Virus record (IMG/VR): IMGVR_UViG_3300009508_000005
Coordinates: 1-60,075 of that record
Strand: one strand, 5' to 3'
Source of the DNA: a virus
Lineage: Duplodnaviria > Caudoviricetes
DNA length: 60,075 nucleotides
Of this stretch, positions 45,012 through 54,838 are shown in pieces (the first letter of the stretch is position 1; each line of letters starts with the position of its first letter). The notes under the pieces are model-generated. The model was not told the DNA's origin and did no database searches. It saw only the letters and a list, made by a program, of their open reading frames with translations. The position numbers and the translations under genes were made by a program.

Positions 45012-45448
45012 GGCTTTGCTCCTTGGTGCCCGGTGCGAAACATTTCCTGGATGGTCCGCAGGTCTTCATCTAAGGGTTCGTGGCGAAGGTAAAGCACTAC
45101 AGCTCTCGGGTGCCCTGCGTCCCGGCCGATGCCGGAAAGCTCAATTGCGGCGGGGGCTGGCGATGGTTGCGGGGCGGTGTAGAACGGGATGCCAATGCCT
45201 TTCTTGCATTCCCACCAAATTCGGCGTGGCCTTCCGTCTATAAGCTGGCCCGGCTCGCTGCTTTCCGCAACCCACGCCAGCGGCTCCTGCTCCACCCGCT
45301 CAGCAGGCGTGGGGGACGTGCGGCACACCTTGCAGACTATGCGGCGCTTGTGTCCATAGAACGATCCTTTGCAGTTGCAGCAAATGCATTCGTACTTACC
45401 TTCGCCGCCTGCGTAGTCTTCTGGGAAGCTCTTTGATTCTTCACTCAT
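45008..45448 (-). CDS. Hypothetical mosaic protein with zinc-ribbon
   Basis: Y.C.C..C...F.GHKRR..C..C; PAERVEQEP linker. Confidence 0.6.
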   Translation of the reverse strand: MSEESKSFPEDYAGGEGKYECICCNCKGSFYGHKRRIVCKVCRTSPTPAERVEQEPLAWVAESSEPGQLIDGRPRRIWWECKKGIGIPFYTAPQPSPAPAAIELSGIGRDAGHPRAVVLYLRHEPLDEDLRTIQEMFRTGHQGAKP

Positions 45449-45481
45449 AAATTTCTCCGGGTGGGTAATGCCGCTGCCGCG

Positions 45482-48457
45482 CTACTGCACGGCGCCTGCG
45501 GGTTCGATGTAAGTGCCAGCGGCTACGCTGCCAACGATGGATGCGCTGCCAGACAGCGCGGGGTTGTTGAAGTCGATCAACCAGCACCACGTCTGGGCGC
45601 CGCTGAACTGAGTGCCTTTGCCCAGCGTCTGCTTGCGCGCGGGGTCCAGCAGGATGTTCTTCGACATCAGCTCGCCCTGCACTTGCTTGACGTCCATGCC
45701 CCTGTCCTGGCAGAACTTGCGGAAATGCGCCCGGTCGAAGAACAGCTTGCCAGTGTGGCGTTCCAGTCGGATTCGGAGCTGGTCACTGGATGGGTGGATG
45801 GACACTTGGGCCAGCGTAGTGCCTGCTGCTTCGCTCTGCAGCACCAGCATGGCACGCAAGTTGCTGTTGATATAGTCGGACACCATCGACTCAGCAGTGC
45901 GGACAATGTCGGTAATCGTGGTACGCATGCCCTGGATGGTGCGGACGGAGAACGCGAACAGCCGCGCTATGTCCACGTTGGTCATGCCGATCTCGTTGGA
46001 GACCTCGAACGCAGCCAAGATGGTGGCCGGCACGGCGGACCAGAACCGCTCCGAGCTGCTGACACCCGCTGCCTTATCCACTTCGCGGATCCACTCGCGC
46101 ACTCGACCGTGTACCTTCTCCATGTTCTGGATGACGGCGCGGATAAAGGGTTCACCTGCTACACCATAGTGGTTGTTGAGCTGGTCGAAGTTGGCGTCGG
46201 CCTCTTCCTTAGTCAGTGTGTTTGGTGGTACCCGGTATTCAAATATGCGGCTGGCTTCCGCCGAGGCGTCGCCCTTCGCCATAGACAACCTGCTGTGCAG
46301 TGAGGCGTTGGATGTAGACAGTAGCATCGTGTTCCAGTTGCCGAAGTTCTCCTGTGCTTGGCCGTTCTGCTGCAGCTTCTGGCGGCCCTGCCCCTGGGTG
46401 ATGGCGTACGCCAGGTCACTCACGCGCTCAGGGTCCAGGTTGGTGATCTCGTCGTGTGTGACGGGCAGGTTGTTGAGCGTGCCGATCTTGGCGTAGAAGC
46501 CCTTCCACGTATCACGCTCCATGTTCACCCAACCCATCGTAGGTCTGCCCCAGATCGAGTTAGCACACAACGCTGCTGAGGACTTGCCTGTGCCGCGATC
46601 ACCGACGACGGACACGATGGCACCATTGAAGTTGGTGAACCTGAACAGTGGAGCTGCCAGCCCCACTCCGAACGCGAACTGGTGCCCCTCCATACCAGGG
46701 CGCTCGAATATAGCGACGATCTTCTTCCACCCTTCCAAGTCACCCTTGGGCGGGATCCAGTTCAGTGCGTTGCGGATGTTCGTGCTCGGCTCGATGGGGG
46801 TGGACCCGGTTGCACGGACGACGAGGTCGGGCAGTACGAACGATGCGTCATCGTCCTGCCAGCCCAGCTGGGCGTACACGGTTTCAGCCCGCGCGCATTT
46901 CTGTAGTTCTCTTAGATAGGCAACCATATATTGTGTCAAAACCTCTACTTTGCCAGTGTCGACCATGACGCCTGCATCACCTAGCTTGCGGGTCAAAGAA
47001 CGACGGTCATAGAAATCGGCGGCAGGGATGTTGCGCTCCTGCCAACCCTCGTGTGGTAGCCACATGCAGACGACTACGCACAGTGCGTCTTGGCGCTGGT
47101 CAAACACAAGCTTGGACGGGTAGATGTCGAACTCGTAGATCACCTCGTCGAAGTCGATCCCTGTGTCCTTACTGTCCATGTTCATAGCGATGTAGCAGGC
47201 GTCAGCCTCCCGCATCTTTACCCGCTTGAACGGGTGCGGTGGTGGGGGCAGCGCTACTTGCACCATCGCATTGGTCGCTACGTCGTGCACTTCCACGGTG
47301 GGTGCTGGCGCTGCTTCCAGCTCACGTGCTGCTTGCAGCGGCGTCTTGATGTGGCCCCGGTACTTGCAACCAGCGCAGAGCGTTGGGTTGTGCATTTCAA
47401 ACGTGCTGCACAGGGTAGGGCCAGTGCCGCTGTTTTCGTGCTGGATAATCTTGCTGTCCACGTTGTCCACGCTATAGCCGGAATAGCCTTGGCTCATTGC
47501 GTGGATACCCTTGTGGCCTTTCTCCGCGAACCGCAGGCAGCCGATCATCGCGTACCACTGCGGCTCGCTGACTGCACCTGGGTTCTGCAGCTGCCACAAT
47601 AACTGCGGGCACTTCTTGACCACGGCACTGGCAAGCGGTGGGGCGATGCCGGCCCCTTGCGCCGCGTCCACGTTAATATTAACCGCGGGGATCAGGTTGC
47701 GCAGGTGCTCTGGTATGGCGCCCAGCATGCTCTGCGGCTCGACGTACTGCTGTGGGACGGACACTGCGTACTGGTCTTTCAGTCGGTCGATCAGTCCAGT
47801 CATAAAGTCGGTGTCGCTGACCACGCCCTCGACGCCTACCTGGACTGGACGCGGGGTGCCCGTCTTCCAGTTGAACGTGCCGACCGGGCGTAGGACAGAC
47901 GCAGGGTCTGACGTACGCGACGGGTCCGCGCGGAGCTTAGCACTGACTGTCAGCGCCTTGAGGGTCGCTGCGTATTTGTACCACTCCGACGCATCTAATG
48001 GCTGGGTGAGCGGCCAGTACACGTGGATACCACCGCCCGAGCTGGTGATGAACGGCTTGGGCAGGCCCATCTGCGCGATGAACGACTTGAGCGCGGTGAG
48101 CGCTTCGGGTACAGACGGGTACTTACTTGCGTCGTCCGGGCCGATGTCGATGTCCAACCAGAACGCCTTGGTCTGGTCGCTGTTCTTCCCGCCCCGGATC
48201 TTAACTCCGGCCGCGTCGCGCTGAGCCTTGTTCATGTGCGTGAAGTCTTCGCGGACTGTAGACAGCGCGAAGAACACATCGCGGCCATCGGTCTCGGACA
48301 GGTGCGACGCAGCAGCGGCAGCGGACTCGATGGACGGGTAGCAGGAGTGCTTGTGGTACTTGTGGGTCTCGCCGTCCTTTACAAATGAGGTCGGGACGGA
48401 GAGCAAATAGAGCCCTTCGCTCGGCCATACGAGGCGCAGAAAGTTAAGCGTATTCAC
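45482..48457 (-). CDS. DNA primase-helicase (RepB/AEP-like primase N-domain, DUF927 helicase C-domain)
   Basis: FWLDID, SSGGGIHVYW, D.ASVLR.VGT.N, C..C cluster, Walker A G.RGTGKS, HDE. Confidence 0.88.
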   Translation of the reverse strand: MNTLNFLRLVWPSEGLYLLSVPTSFVKDGETHKYHKHSCYPSIESAAAAASHLSETDGRDVFFALSTVREDFTHMNKAQRDAAGVKIRGGKNSDQTKAFWLDIDIGPDDASKYPSVPEALTALKSFIAQMGLPKPFITSSGGGIHVYWPLTQPLDASEWYKYAATLKALTVSAKLRADPSRTSDPASVLRPVGTFNWKTGTPRPVQVGVEGVVSDTDFMTGLIDRLKDQYAVSVPQQYVEPQSMLGAIPEHLRNLIPAVNINVDAAQGAGIAPPLASAVVKKCPQLLWQLQNPGAVSEPQWYAMIGCLRFAEKGHKGIHAMSQGYSGYSVDNVDSKIIQHENSGTGPTLCSTFEMHNPTLCAGCKYRGHIKTPLQAARELEAAPAPTVEVHDVATNAMVQVALPPPPHPFKRVKMREADACYIAMNMDSKDTGIDFDEVIYEFDIYPSKLVFDQRQDALCVVVCMWLPHEGWQERNIPAADFYDRRSLTRKLGDAGVMVDTGKVEVLTQYMVAYLRELQKCARAETVYAQLGWQDDDASFVLPDLVVRATGSTPIEPSTNIRNALNWIPPKGDLEGWKKIVAIFERPGMEGHQFAFGVGLAAPLFRFTNFNGAIVSVVGDRGTGKSSAALCANSIWGRPTMGWVNMERDTWKGFYAKIGTLNNLPVTHDEITNLDPERVSDLAYAITQGQGRQKLQQNGQAQENFGNWNTMLLSTSNASLHSRLSMAKGDASAEASRIFEYRVPPNTLTKEEADANFDQLNNHYGVAGEPFIRAVIQNMEKVHGRVREWIREVDKAAGVSSSERFWSAVPATILAAFEVSNEIGMTNVDIARLFAFSVRTIQGMRTTITDIVRTAESMVSDYINSNLRAMLVLQSEAAGTTLAQVSIHPSSDQLRIRLERHTGKLFFDRAHFRKFCQDRGMDVKQVQGELMSKNILLDPARKQTLGKGTQFSGAQTWCWLIDFNNPALSGSASIVGSVAAGTYIEPAGAVQ

Positions 48458-48466
48458 ACACGCCTC

Positions 48467-48796
48467 CTATTTTTTAGCGTTCAGTTTCAGGAGCAGGGAG
48501 GCGATAAGTTCGCGTCGGTCGGCGTGCTTGGCGGTGCTCTTGAATGAGTGGTAAGGAGTGCCACCCTTAGCAGCGTTGAACGCATTCAGTGCGTTAATGC
48601 CATCAGTTACTGGACGGGCCCGGTGCCAATACAGACGGTGTACTTCTGCGTTGCCTCGGGCAGCGCGGATCCAGCGACAGAACGTGTTCGGGTTAATGTT
48701 GAATATGGCAGCGCAATCACGGCCACTGGTCCCTGTTGCGGCGCAGAACGCCAGCAGCAGTGCCAGGAAATCGGCCCTTTCTTTTTCGTTTAACAT
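48467..48796 (-). CDS. Putative HTH DNA-binding protein
   Basis: SGRDCAAIFNINPNTFCRW helix-turn-helix pattern. Confidence 0.6.
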   Translation of the reverse strand: MLNEKERADFLALLLAFCAATGTSGRDCAAIFNINPNTFCRWIRAARGNAEVHRLYWHRARPVTDGINALNAFNAAKGGTPYHSFKSTAKHADRRELIASLLLKLNAKK

Positions 48797-48816
48797 GTGT
48801 TGCTCCTTGTGAGTTT

Positions 48817-48834
48817 GGGGGTCCGAAGACCCCC
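48817..48834 (-). other. GGGGGUC-UUCG-GACCCCC hairpin after SSB gene (stability or processing element)
   Basis: 7-bp GC stem with cUUCGg tetraloop on minus strand; no U-tract. Confidence 0.6.
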
Positions 48835-48847
48835 GCGCCTGACTATC

Positions 48848-50440
48848 TTAATCGTCGAAGCCGTCGAACACACTAGGATCAACGCCGGTCATTACTTGCG
48901 GCTGGTTCACAGGTTGCTGTGGAGCCTGCTGTTGCTGGGGTGCAGGCTGGCCGAAACCACCACCGCCGAACGCGTCGGGTGCTGATTGCTGCGGCTGCTG
49001 CTCGTACTGCTGCGGCTGCTGCTCGTACTGCTGCGGCTGCTGCTCGTACTGCTGTGGAGCTGCTTGCTGCTGTGGAGCTGCTTGCTGCTGTGGAGCTGCT
49101 TGCTGCTGTGGAGCTGCTTGCTGGGTAGTAGTGGGGCGTGGCGCTGCGCCACCCAGGCCCATTGCCTCGTCCTCAGCCATTTCCGCTTTGGTGCGACGCG
49201 CCTTACCTTCCATAGCCTTACCCGGCACACGGCCCGATGGCAGTACCGCAGGGATGCCACCTGCAGGTGCAGTCTGTTGCTGGGGAACCGCTTGTTGTTG
49301 TGGAGCCACTTGCTGCTGTGGAGCTGCGCCACCGAACACGTCGGCTGCAGACTGCGGAGCTGCGCCACCGAACACGTCGGCTGCTTGCTGCGGTGCTTGC
49401 TGCTGCGGTGCTTGCTGCTGCGGTGCTTGCTGCTGCGGAGCCACGTACTGTTGTTGCGGTGCTTGCTGCTGCGGTGCTTGCTCAGGGTTGTAGTTGTTGG
49501 GCGCAGCCGAACCGTAGCGCTCGACCGGAGGTGCCATGTACTGCTGGGGGGCTGCTTGCTGCTGGGGGGCTGCTTGCTGCTGCGGGGCTGCTTGCTGCTG
49601 CGGGGCTGCTTGCTGCTGCGGCTGCTCGTACTGCTGTGGAGCTGCTTGCTGTGGAGCCACGTACTGTTGTTGCGGCGCCTGCGGTTGGTGCGCAAGGGCT
49701 GGTTGGGCTGGAGCTGTGGGCATGCGCAGCACTTGGACGTCAGCCAGACCAGCGAACATCCGGGCTTCCTCGGTGCTGTGGCGCTCTACGACGACGGGCA
49801 TGGCCTGCTCATTCACGTAGCCTACCGGGCGAAATTTCAGCTTGGGGTACGACGCGTCCTGGTCGAACGTGAATTCAGTCACGACCGCGAAGTAAGGAAC
49901 TTGCGGGGGCAGGTTACGCAGGAACCCGCCAAAGTCGGCCATCGAGGCTGCGGGAATAGCCAGCCGCAGGATCTCGCCCCGTGGGTTATTCGGGTCGATA
50001 ACAGCGATGGTCTTCTTGTCGGTGCATGCCTTGGACTTCGCCTGGGTCTGCGGGTTGATCTTCGACCCGAACACGTTCTGGGGGCACGCCGCGCAGGTAC
50101 CGCACTGGGGCTTCTCACTATCTGCCCGTGGGGTAACACCATCGTCGGAGGCACACACTGGTGGAGACGCGTCGTCGTCCGGGTTCCACGCGGTGTCGTA
50201 GAACGTCTTGGTCATGCCGGGGTTAGCGTGCAGGATGACGAGCTGCAGGGCCAGCGCGTTAGTAGGCGTCTTAACCGAGCCTCGTACCACGGCGAAGCGG
50301 CCACCTTTGATGCTAATGTGGTTGACGGACTCACCACCGGTACCAGCGGCAGCGGCTTTGTTAGCTTCGGCAGCGGCGGTTGCATACTGCTGCATGTAGG
50401 CAGGGAGCTGCGCCTGCTCAAATGGGATTACTTGGTTCAT
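48848..50440 (-). CDS. Single-stranded DNA-binding/annealing protein with very long Gln/Ala/Pro-rich linker and acidic tail
   Basis: ISIKGGRF, P.C.SDDG..P, C..CPQN.FGS, KAC, F.FD....PKL.F; ends FDGFDD. Confidence 0.75.
   Translation of the reverse strand: MNQVIPFEQAQLPAYMQQYATAAAEANKAAAAGTGGESVNHISIKGGRFAVVRGSVKTPTNALALQLVILHANPGMTKTFYDTAWNPDDDASPPVCASDDGVTPRADSEKPQCGTCAACPQNVFGSKINPQTQAKSKACTDKKTIAVIDPNNPRGEILRLAIPAASMADFGGFLRNLPPQVPYFAVVTEFTFDQDASYPKLKFRPVGYVNEQAMPVVVERHSTEEARMFAGLADVQVLRMPTAPAQPALAHQPQAPQQQYVAPQQAAPQQYEQPQQQAAPQQQAAPQQQAAPQQQAAPQQYMAPPVERYGSAAPNNYNPEQAPQQQAPQQQYVAPQQQAPQQQAPQQQAPQQAADVFGGAAPQSAADVFGGAAPQQQVAPQQQAVPQQQTAPAGGIPAVLPSGRVPGKAMEGKARRTKAEMAEDEAMGLGGAAPRPTTTQQAAPQQQAAPQQQAAPQQQAAPQQYEQQPQQYEQQPQQYEQQPQQSAPDAFGGGGFGQPAPQQQQAPQQPVNQPQVMTGVDPSVFDGFDD
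48985..49680 (-). repeat. Tandem 15-, 18- and 21-nt repeats encoding APQQQ, AAPQQQ and QQYEQQP
   Basis: Directly visible. Confidence 0.9.
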
Positions 50441-50477
50441 TAGTTATTTCCTTTCAGGTTAGTTGGGCTATCGCCCG

Positions 50478-50882
50478 TTACTTACTACGACGGATTTCAA
50501 GCACGCGCTCAGACGTTACCTCGATGCCGTCAGGCAGATTACCTTCGTTCTTTTCCATGTACTCGTCGACTGACTTGGACGCAGCGCGCAAGGTTATCAG
50601 TTCGATCTGCCCCGTGCGCTTAATGAACGCGATGAACTTCTCACGGTCCTTTATGTTCACGAAACGCTTAGTCTTGGTGATCAGCGTGCCGGCATCGAAG
50701 CTCCCGCCTTTCGCACCGGTCTGGTTCAGCTGACCCAAGAGCCACGCTTCGCCTTTAGCCATTTCTGCTTTGATGCCAGCGGTGGCCTTCTTGTGCTCAG
50801 CGTCCATCAGGGCCAGCTTATCGCGGCGGTCCAAGATCCCTTGGATAATATCGTTGGTCAAGTTGCTAGGTTCGCCGCTCAC
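50478..50882 (-). CDS. Conserved-type phage replication-module protein (coiled-coil)
   Basis: GT.....,D...F..FI, LPDGI pattern; adjacent to SSB. Confidence 0.65.
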   Translation of the reverse strand: MSGEPSNLTNDIIQGILDRRDKLALMDAEHKKATAGIKAEMAKGEAWLLGQLNQTGAKGGSFDAGTLITKTKRFVNIKDREKFIAFIKRTGQIELITLRAASKSVDEYMEKNEGNLPDGIEVTSERVLEIRRSK

Positions 50883-50883
50883 G

Positions 50884-51252
50884 TTACACCTCCAGAGATT
50901 CAGTGATAGCCGCTACGCGGGCGGCCATCTGGTCCAGCTTAAACTCCACGTCTGAGATATTGCTGGCTATTGGTGACATCGGCGGCTTGGCCGCAGCTGG
51001 TGTGGAGCAGTCGAGCTGCCCGCCTGCCGGGGGTTTCATACTGACCGGGGCTAGGCGCTTCGCCAGCGTGGTAACTTCTATCTCCAAGGAGCTAACCGTG
51101 GACTGCAGGCGTAGTATCTGGGCAGTGATGGGGCGGTCTTTGCCTATGGAGGGCATCTTGGCTGGGCCGGCCGGTGCGGGGGTAGGTGTTGCACCGGGGT
51201 GAACAGGGCCACCCAAGCTAGGTGCGCCGCGCATGAGTTCTTCTTCTGTCAT
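50884..51252 (-). CDS. Hypothetical coiled-coil protein
   Basis: MTEEELMR start after ACCCGGAG. Confidence 0.6.
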   Translation of the reverse strand: MTEEELMRGAPSLGGPVHPGATPTPAPAGPAKMPSIGKDRPITAQILRLQSTVSSLEIEVTTLAKRLAPVSMKPPAGGQLDCSTPAAAKPPMSPIASNISDVEFKLDQMAARVAAITESLEV

Positions 51253-51307
51253 GGTAGTTCTCCGGGTTGTTGAATATAAATAAGGGCAGCTATGCCCTAC
51301 GTGGATC

Positions 51308-51336
51308 ACTCTAGTAGCTGTACTACTTTGTGTCAA
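51308..51336 (-). promoter_or_regulatory. Sigma70 promoter TTGACA-N17-TAGAGT
   Basis: Perfect -35, 17-bp spacer, in intergenic gap. Confidence 0.7.
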
Positions 51337-51340
51337 CTAA

Positions 51341-52936
51341 TTAATTCGAGGGAAGCCCTAATTCGTTCTTGAACATAGCGAGCACAGCGTCCTGCATGCC
51401 CTGCTTAGTCTTGAGCATCGAGTACACTTCCAACTCCAGCGGATTAGATGCGATGCACGCTACCGTCATGGCGTTGACCTGCCCCGGCCTGTCCATGCGG
51501 TTGTTCGCCTGCTCGAATATCTCTAGGTCCATGACGGGTCCGAACCACACTGTCAGGTCGGCACGGGTCAGGGTGAGCCCGTGTGCTGTGGTGGCAGGGT
51601 GGGCTACCAGTACCTTGCGCCTTGGGTCTTGCTGGAACTCCGAGAATATCCGCTTACGTTCCGTGCGACTGACGCTGCCGTCTACTACCTCCACGTCGAA
51701 CTGCGGTTCTTCGTCCTCCGACCCCTTGGCGTACTCGCGCAGGTGCTCGGCTACCCGCATCAGTGACTTGGTGTAGGGAACGAACACGATCACGTTGTTG
51801 CTGGACCCATCGACCAGATCCGTCAGCACACTCAGACGCGGCTTGGCGTCCAGGTAGTGCACGTCGCTGAACTGGTCGTACACCGCGCCGAGGGAAATCT
51901 GCAGCAGCTTCTGCATCTTAGTAGCCGCGTGCGCTGCAGTGATGTCTATACCGCGCACCTCTGCTACTAGCTCTTTGCGCATGCCGTCGTAGGCTTCGCG
52001 CTGCTCCTTGGTCATTTCCGCCATTAAGGTGGTGAACGTGATCGGCGGTATGTCCAGGCAGTCTTTCTTGCGGAACCGGATACTGGGCTGCAACGCGGCG
52101 CACGCGCGCTCGAACGCATCGGGCTTAGGGATCCACTTGTACTGGGTAATCTGGATCATCAGGTCGTCACGGAACGCGGTGAAGTACCCAGGCAGACTGC
52201 GACCCCCCAGCAGCTTACCCAGCCCCCACACCTGCGTTGGGTCTTTGGGGCACGGCGTACCGGTCAACAACCACATGAAGTCCGTGGGCTTGACCAATTT
52301 GCTGAACAGCTTGTGTCGCTTGGACTGGGAGTTACGGACTGCACCAGCCTCGTCGTAAATGAACAGGTTAATGTCCGCGCGCTTCTCTAGTTCCTTGGCT
52401 ATAACAGCCAGTCCGTCGTGGTTAATGATGTAGAAATCGACGTCTTCTTTTAGCTTTTTCAACCGGCGGTCACGGCTGCCTGTCAGGATAGCGAACGAGC
52501 GTCGAGACAATAGGTTGCTTAGGATCTCATCCGCCCACACGCTGTCTATCGTGGACTTCGGACACACGATGACGCACTTGCGCACCATCTTCGTACGCAT
52601 TAAGTAGTCCGCAGCCCAGATGGCACTGAGCGTCTTTGCAGTGCCCATTTCATTGAGGCAGATGCACCGGGTGTTCAGGGTAAAGAACTCGGCGGTGGTG
52701 ACCTGATGCGCCATCGGGCTGGGGTACTTGCTCGGCCAATCATAGAAGTAGCGGATCGGACTAGGTGCTTTGATCCCCAGGTTGCGCAGTACTCGCGCCG
52801 CTTCAATGTCGAACTTGACCTGGGTATAGATGACCCCGTCGAGGGTTACGGTGCGCGACTTCGGTATGTACTGGGTAACTCGACCTGGGTCTCGCAGCTT
52901 TAGAACGAGCGACTTGGATTCAAGATGTACTTGCAT
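51341..52936 (-). CDS. SNF2-like superfamily 2 helicase
   Basis: EMGTAKT, YDEA, LTGTP, HGLTLT, QANNRMDRPGQ. Confidence 0.9.
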   Translation of the reverse strand: MQVHLESKSLVLKLRDPGRVTQYIPKSRTVTLDGVIYTQVKFDIEAARVLRNLGIKAPSPIRYFYDWPSKYPSPMAHQVTTAEFFTLNTRCICLNEMGTAKTLSAIWAADYLMRTKMVRKCVIVCPKSTIDSVWADEILSNLLSRRSFAILTGSRDRRLKKLKEDVDFYIINHDGLAVIAKELEKRADINLFIYDEAGAVRNSQSKRHKLFSKLVKPTDFMWLLTGTPCPKDPTQVWGLGKLLGGRSLPGYFTAFRDDLMIQITQYKWIPKPDAFERACAALQPSIRFRKKDCLDIPPITFTTLMAEMTKEQREAYDGMRKELVAEVRGIDITAAHAATKMQKLLQISLGAVYDQFSDVHYLDAKPRLSVLTDLVDGSSNNVIVFVPYTKSLMRVAEHLREYAKGSEDEEPQFDVEVVDGSVSRTERKRIFSEFQQDPRRKVLVAHPATTAHGLTLTRADLTVWFGPVMDLEIFEQANNRMDRPGQVNAMTVACIASNPLELEVYSMLKTKQGMQDAVLAMFKNELGLPSN

Positions 52937-53034
52937 TGCGCTCTCTCATGGTCTTCTCCACCGTTATCCCTTACTATCGTTCGAGGCCGTGCTGCTCCCA
53001 CGGCCTGTGTCGTTGTGATTTCCCCTGACCGCCT

Positions 53035-53298
53035 TCAACCCGCCGGGGGGTTTTTTGCGGGGCCAGTAGACCCCTTAAACCGGAACTCCGTGTGGGGGGC
53101 CAGGTGGTACGGGCGGGAAAAACTAACGCTGCTCCCGTCGTCGCAAATGACCTCCGTAATCTCTTGGGTGTGCTCGGTGTTTAGTTTCAGCGTTGATTCC
53201 ATGACCCCGAGGAAGCCGGACCGAGTCACCTCAAACCAGTCGCTCACGCGTTCCCCCGTGGCGTTTTGTAGCGCGACCTTCGCAGTAATTATGTTCAT
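53035..53298 (-). CDS. Hypothetical protein
   Basis: Coupled ORF, AGGAG SD. Confidence 0.55.
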   Translation of the reverse strand: MNIITAKVALQNATGERVSDWFEVTRSGFLGVMESTLKLNTEHTQEITEVICDDGSSVSFSRPYHLAPHTEFRFKGSTGPAKNPPAG

Positions 53299-53504
53299 AG
53301 TCTTGCTCCTGTGGACTCCACAGCGCCCTCGATCTCCAAGCGCATCATTGTGATAATTAGCTCAATCATTTTAGGCGCCGCGTTCAGCGGGGGGATCTCG
53401 ACCTTGTCGTACTGCACCCCCTGGTGGCGGAGCTGCGCTTGAATTGCACGCCGGCCGGATCGTAGTTCGGTTACAGTGGCCCAGCGGATGGGTAGGGTTC
53501 TCAT
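53295..53504 (-). CDS. Hypothetical protein
   Basis: Coupled ORF. Confidence 0.5.
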   Translation of the reverse strand: MRTLPIRWATVTELRSGRRAIQAQLRHQGVQYDKVEIPPLNAAPKMIELIITMMRLEIEGAVESTGARL

Positions 53505-53827
53505 GGGGTCTTCCTATCTTGGCGGTTGTTTCCAACGAGGGAGCGCTGGCCGAGGTCTAGCGTCCACTTGAACTCTGCTTTGCAGTCAGAGCACATGAGC
53601 TTGTCCATGCTGCGCAGCGCGCACAGTGGCCCGCCGCAGTCAGGGCAGGGGCGTTTAATAATCTCGGTCAAGTGTATATGCCTCAATGCCTTTTCAGTAG
53701 TAACGCGGATCTTGCCCGTTTGCAGCATCAGGTTCACCGTGGATGTGACCATGCCGAGTTCGTCAGCGACGCGCTCTTTGCTCCACCCGAGGTCGTTGAT
53801 TATGGTCCACATTTCGTTCCTAGTCAT
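53501..53827 (-). CDS. HTH plus zinc-ribbon protein
   Basis: LGWSKERVADELGM..STV; CPDC...CSDC. Confidence 0.6.
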   Translation of the reverse strand: MTRNEMWTIINDLGWSKERVADELGMVTSTVNLMLQTGKIRVTTEKALRHIHLTEIIKRPCPDCGGPLCALRSMDKLMCSDCKAEFKWTLDLGQRSLVGNNRQDRKTP

Positions 53828-53838
53828 TGCGATGGTTC

Positions 53839-54198
53839 CTAGAATGGTATGGAGTTGGGGTCGGTGTGGTCGATTCCGTGCTTCTCGCACAGAGCCAACA
53901 AGCGCTCGACCTCACGCTCCAGTCGCTCCTGCTCTGCGTGGATGCTTGACCGGTAGTTCTTGCCCCCGCCGTCGGAGTAGAAAACGGACTTCCACAGCTC
54001 GACGCGTCGGGTGGCCTCGACTGCGAACCAGTCGTCCTCCTTGCCCAGTAAGTAGTTAGCCGACCTCAGCTTCGACACCGTGTGTGCTAGGTCGTGGGCA
54101 CAACGGCGGCCGAACTTCGTCAGCATTTCGTTCAGCTCTTTCAGCTCCGTGTCCGTGTAGCCACGGTACTTAAACCGCAGTCTCAGGTTACTCAGCAT
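53839..54198 (-). CDS. Hypothetical protein
   Basis: ORF with GGAGG SD. Confidence 0.55.
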   Translation of the reverse strand: MLSNLRLRFKYRGYTDTELKELNEMLTKFGRRCAHDLAHTVSKLRSANYLLGKEDDWFAVEATRRVELWKSVFYSDGGGKNYRSSIHAEQERLEREVERLLALCEKHGIDHTDPNSIPF

Positions 54199-54529
54199 TG
54201 GTTGCCCCCTCCTGCCCGGACAGTGCTTCGTCAGCCAGCGCTATGACACCCGTGCTCGTGAGGTTCCGTGCGTCCCTTCCTATTCGGCGTAGCACCGCTT
54301 CCAACTCCGCTATCCGCGCCTTGTCTGCTGCGCGCGAGGCTTCGTGACCGTACTTGAAAGTGAGGGCGTAATCGGTGTTTATGTCCTGAGCTTCTTCGAC
54401 CATCCGAGCAAGGACCGAACAGGCAACTGTCTTTTGGTTTTCACAAATCCGCTCAATCCTAGCCAATGGCGCTCCCCTGGCCATCGCCGCAAGCGTCTTG
54501 GTGATACGCACCTCCGGCTTATCAGTCAT
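54188..54529 (-). CDS. Hypothetical mosaic protein
   Basis: ADKARIAELE module. Confidence 0.55.
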   Translation of the reverse strand: MTDKPEVRITKTLAAMARGAPLARIERICENQKTVACSVLARMVEEAQDINTDYALTFKYGHEASRAADKARIAELEAVLRRIGRDARNLTSTGVIALADEALSGQEGATNAE

Positions 54530-54708
54530 GTCGTTTCCTCGATCATGAGCAGGTCAGAATCAAGCACTTCACACCATACAACGTCAGGCGCATCTACCTT
54601 CGCAAACTGGTGCCAGTACCCGTTGCTGCTCCAGTTATGCCCTAGGTAGATTAAGCGCTCCGGCTGGTGCTTCCAGTTGTAGCGCCCGCCAACGGTTAGA
54701 TCAGTCAT
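54526..54708 (-). CDS. Hypothetical phage protein
   Basis: GGRYNWK.QPERL.YLG...WHQFAKV..P..VWCEV. Confidence 0.65.
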   Translation of the reverse strand: MTDLTVGGRYNWKHQPERLIYLGHNWSSNGYWHQFAKVDAPDVVWCEVLDSDLLMIEETT

Positions 54709-54835
54709 GGCTTTGCTCCCATCCTTTGCAGCGGCACGGCGTACCGGCCTTGTTGAATGTCCCGCAGTGACGGCATTCGATGCGACCACGGCGGGCCAAT
54801 TGGGTTATCAGTCGGTCGAGAAATTTACCGATCAC
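54701..54835 (-). CDS. Small Cys-rich hypothetical protein (44 aa)
   Basis: VIGKFLDRL...CRHCG...CRC; fills the gap between neighbours. Confidence 0.4.
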   Translation of the reverse strand: MIGKFLDRLITQLARRGRIECRHCGTFNKAGTPCRCKGWEQSHD

Positions 54836-54838
54836 GGC

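Noticed and set aside
48986-50443. Long plus-strand Leu/Cys-rich ORFs
   Set aside because: Antisense shadows of the CAG-rich repeats in the SSB gene
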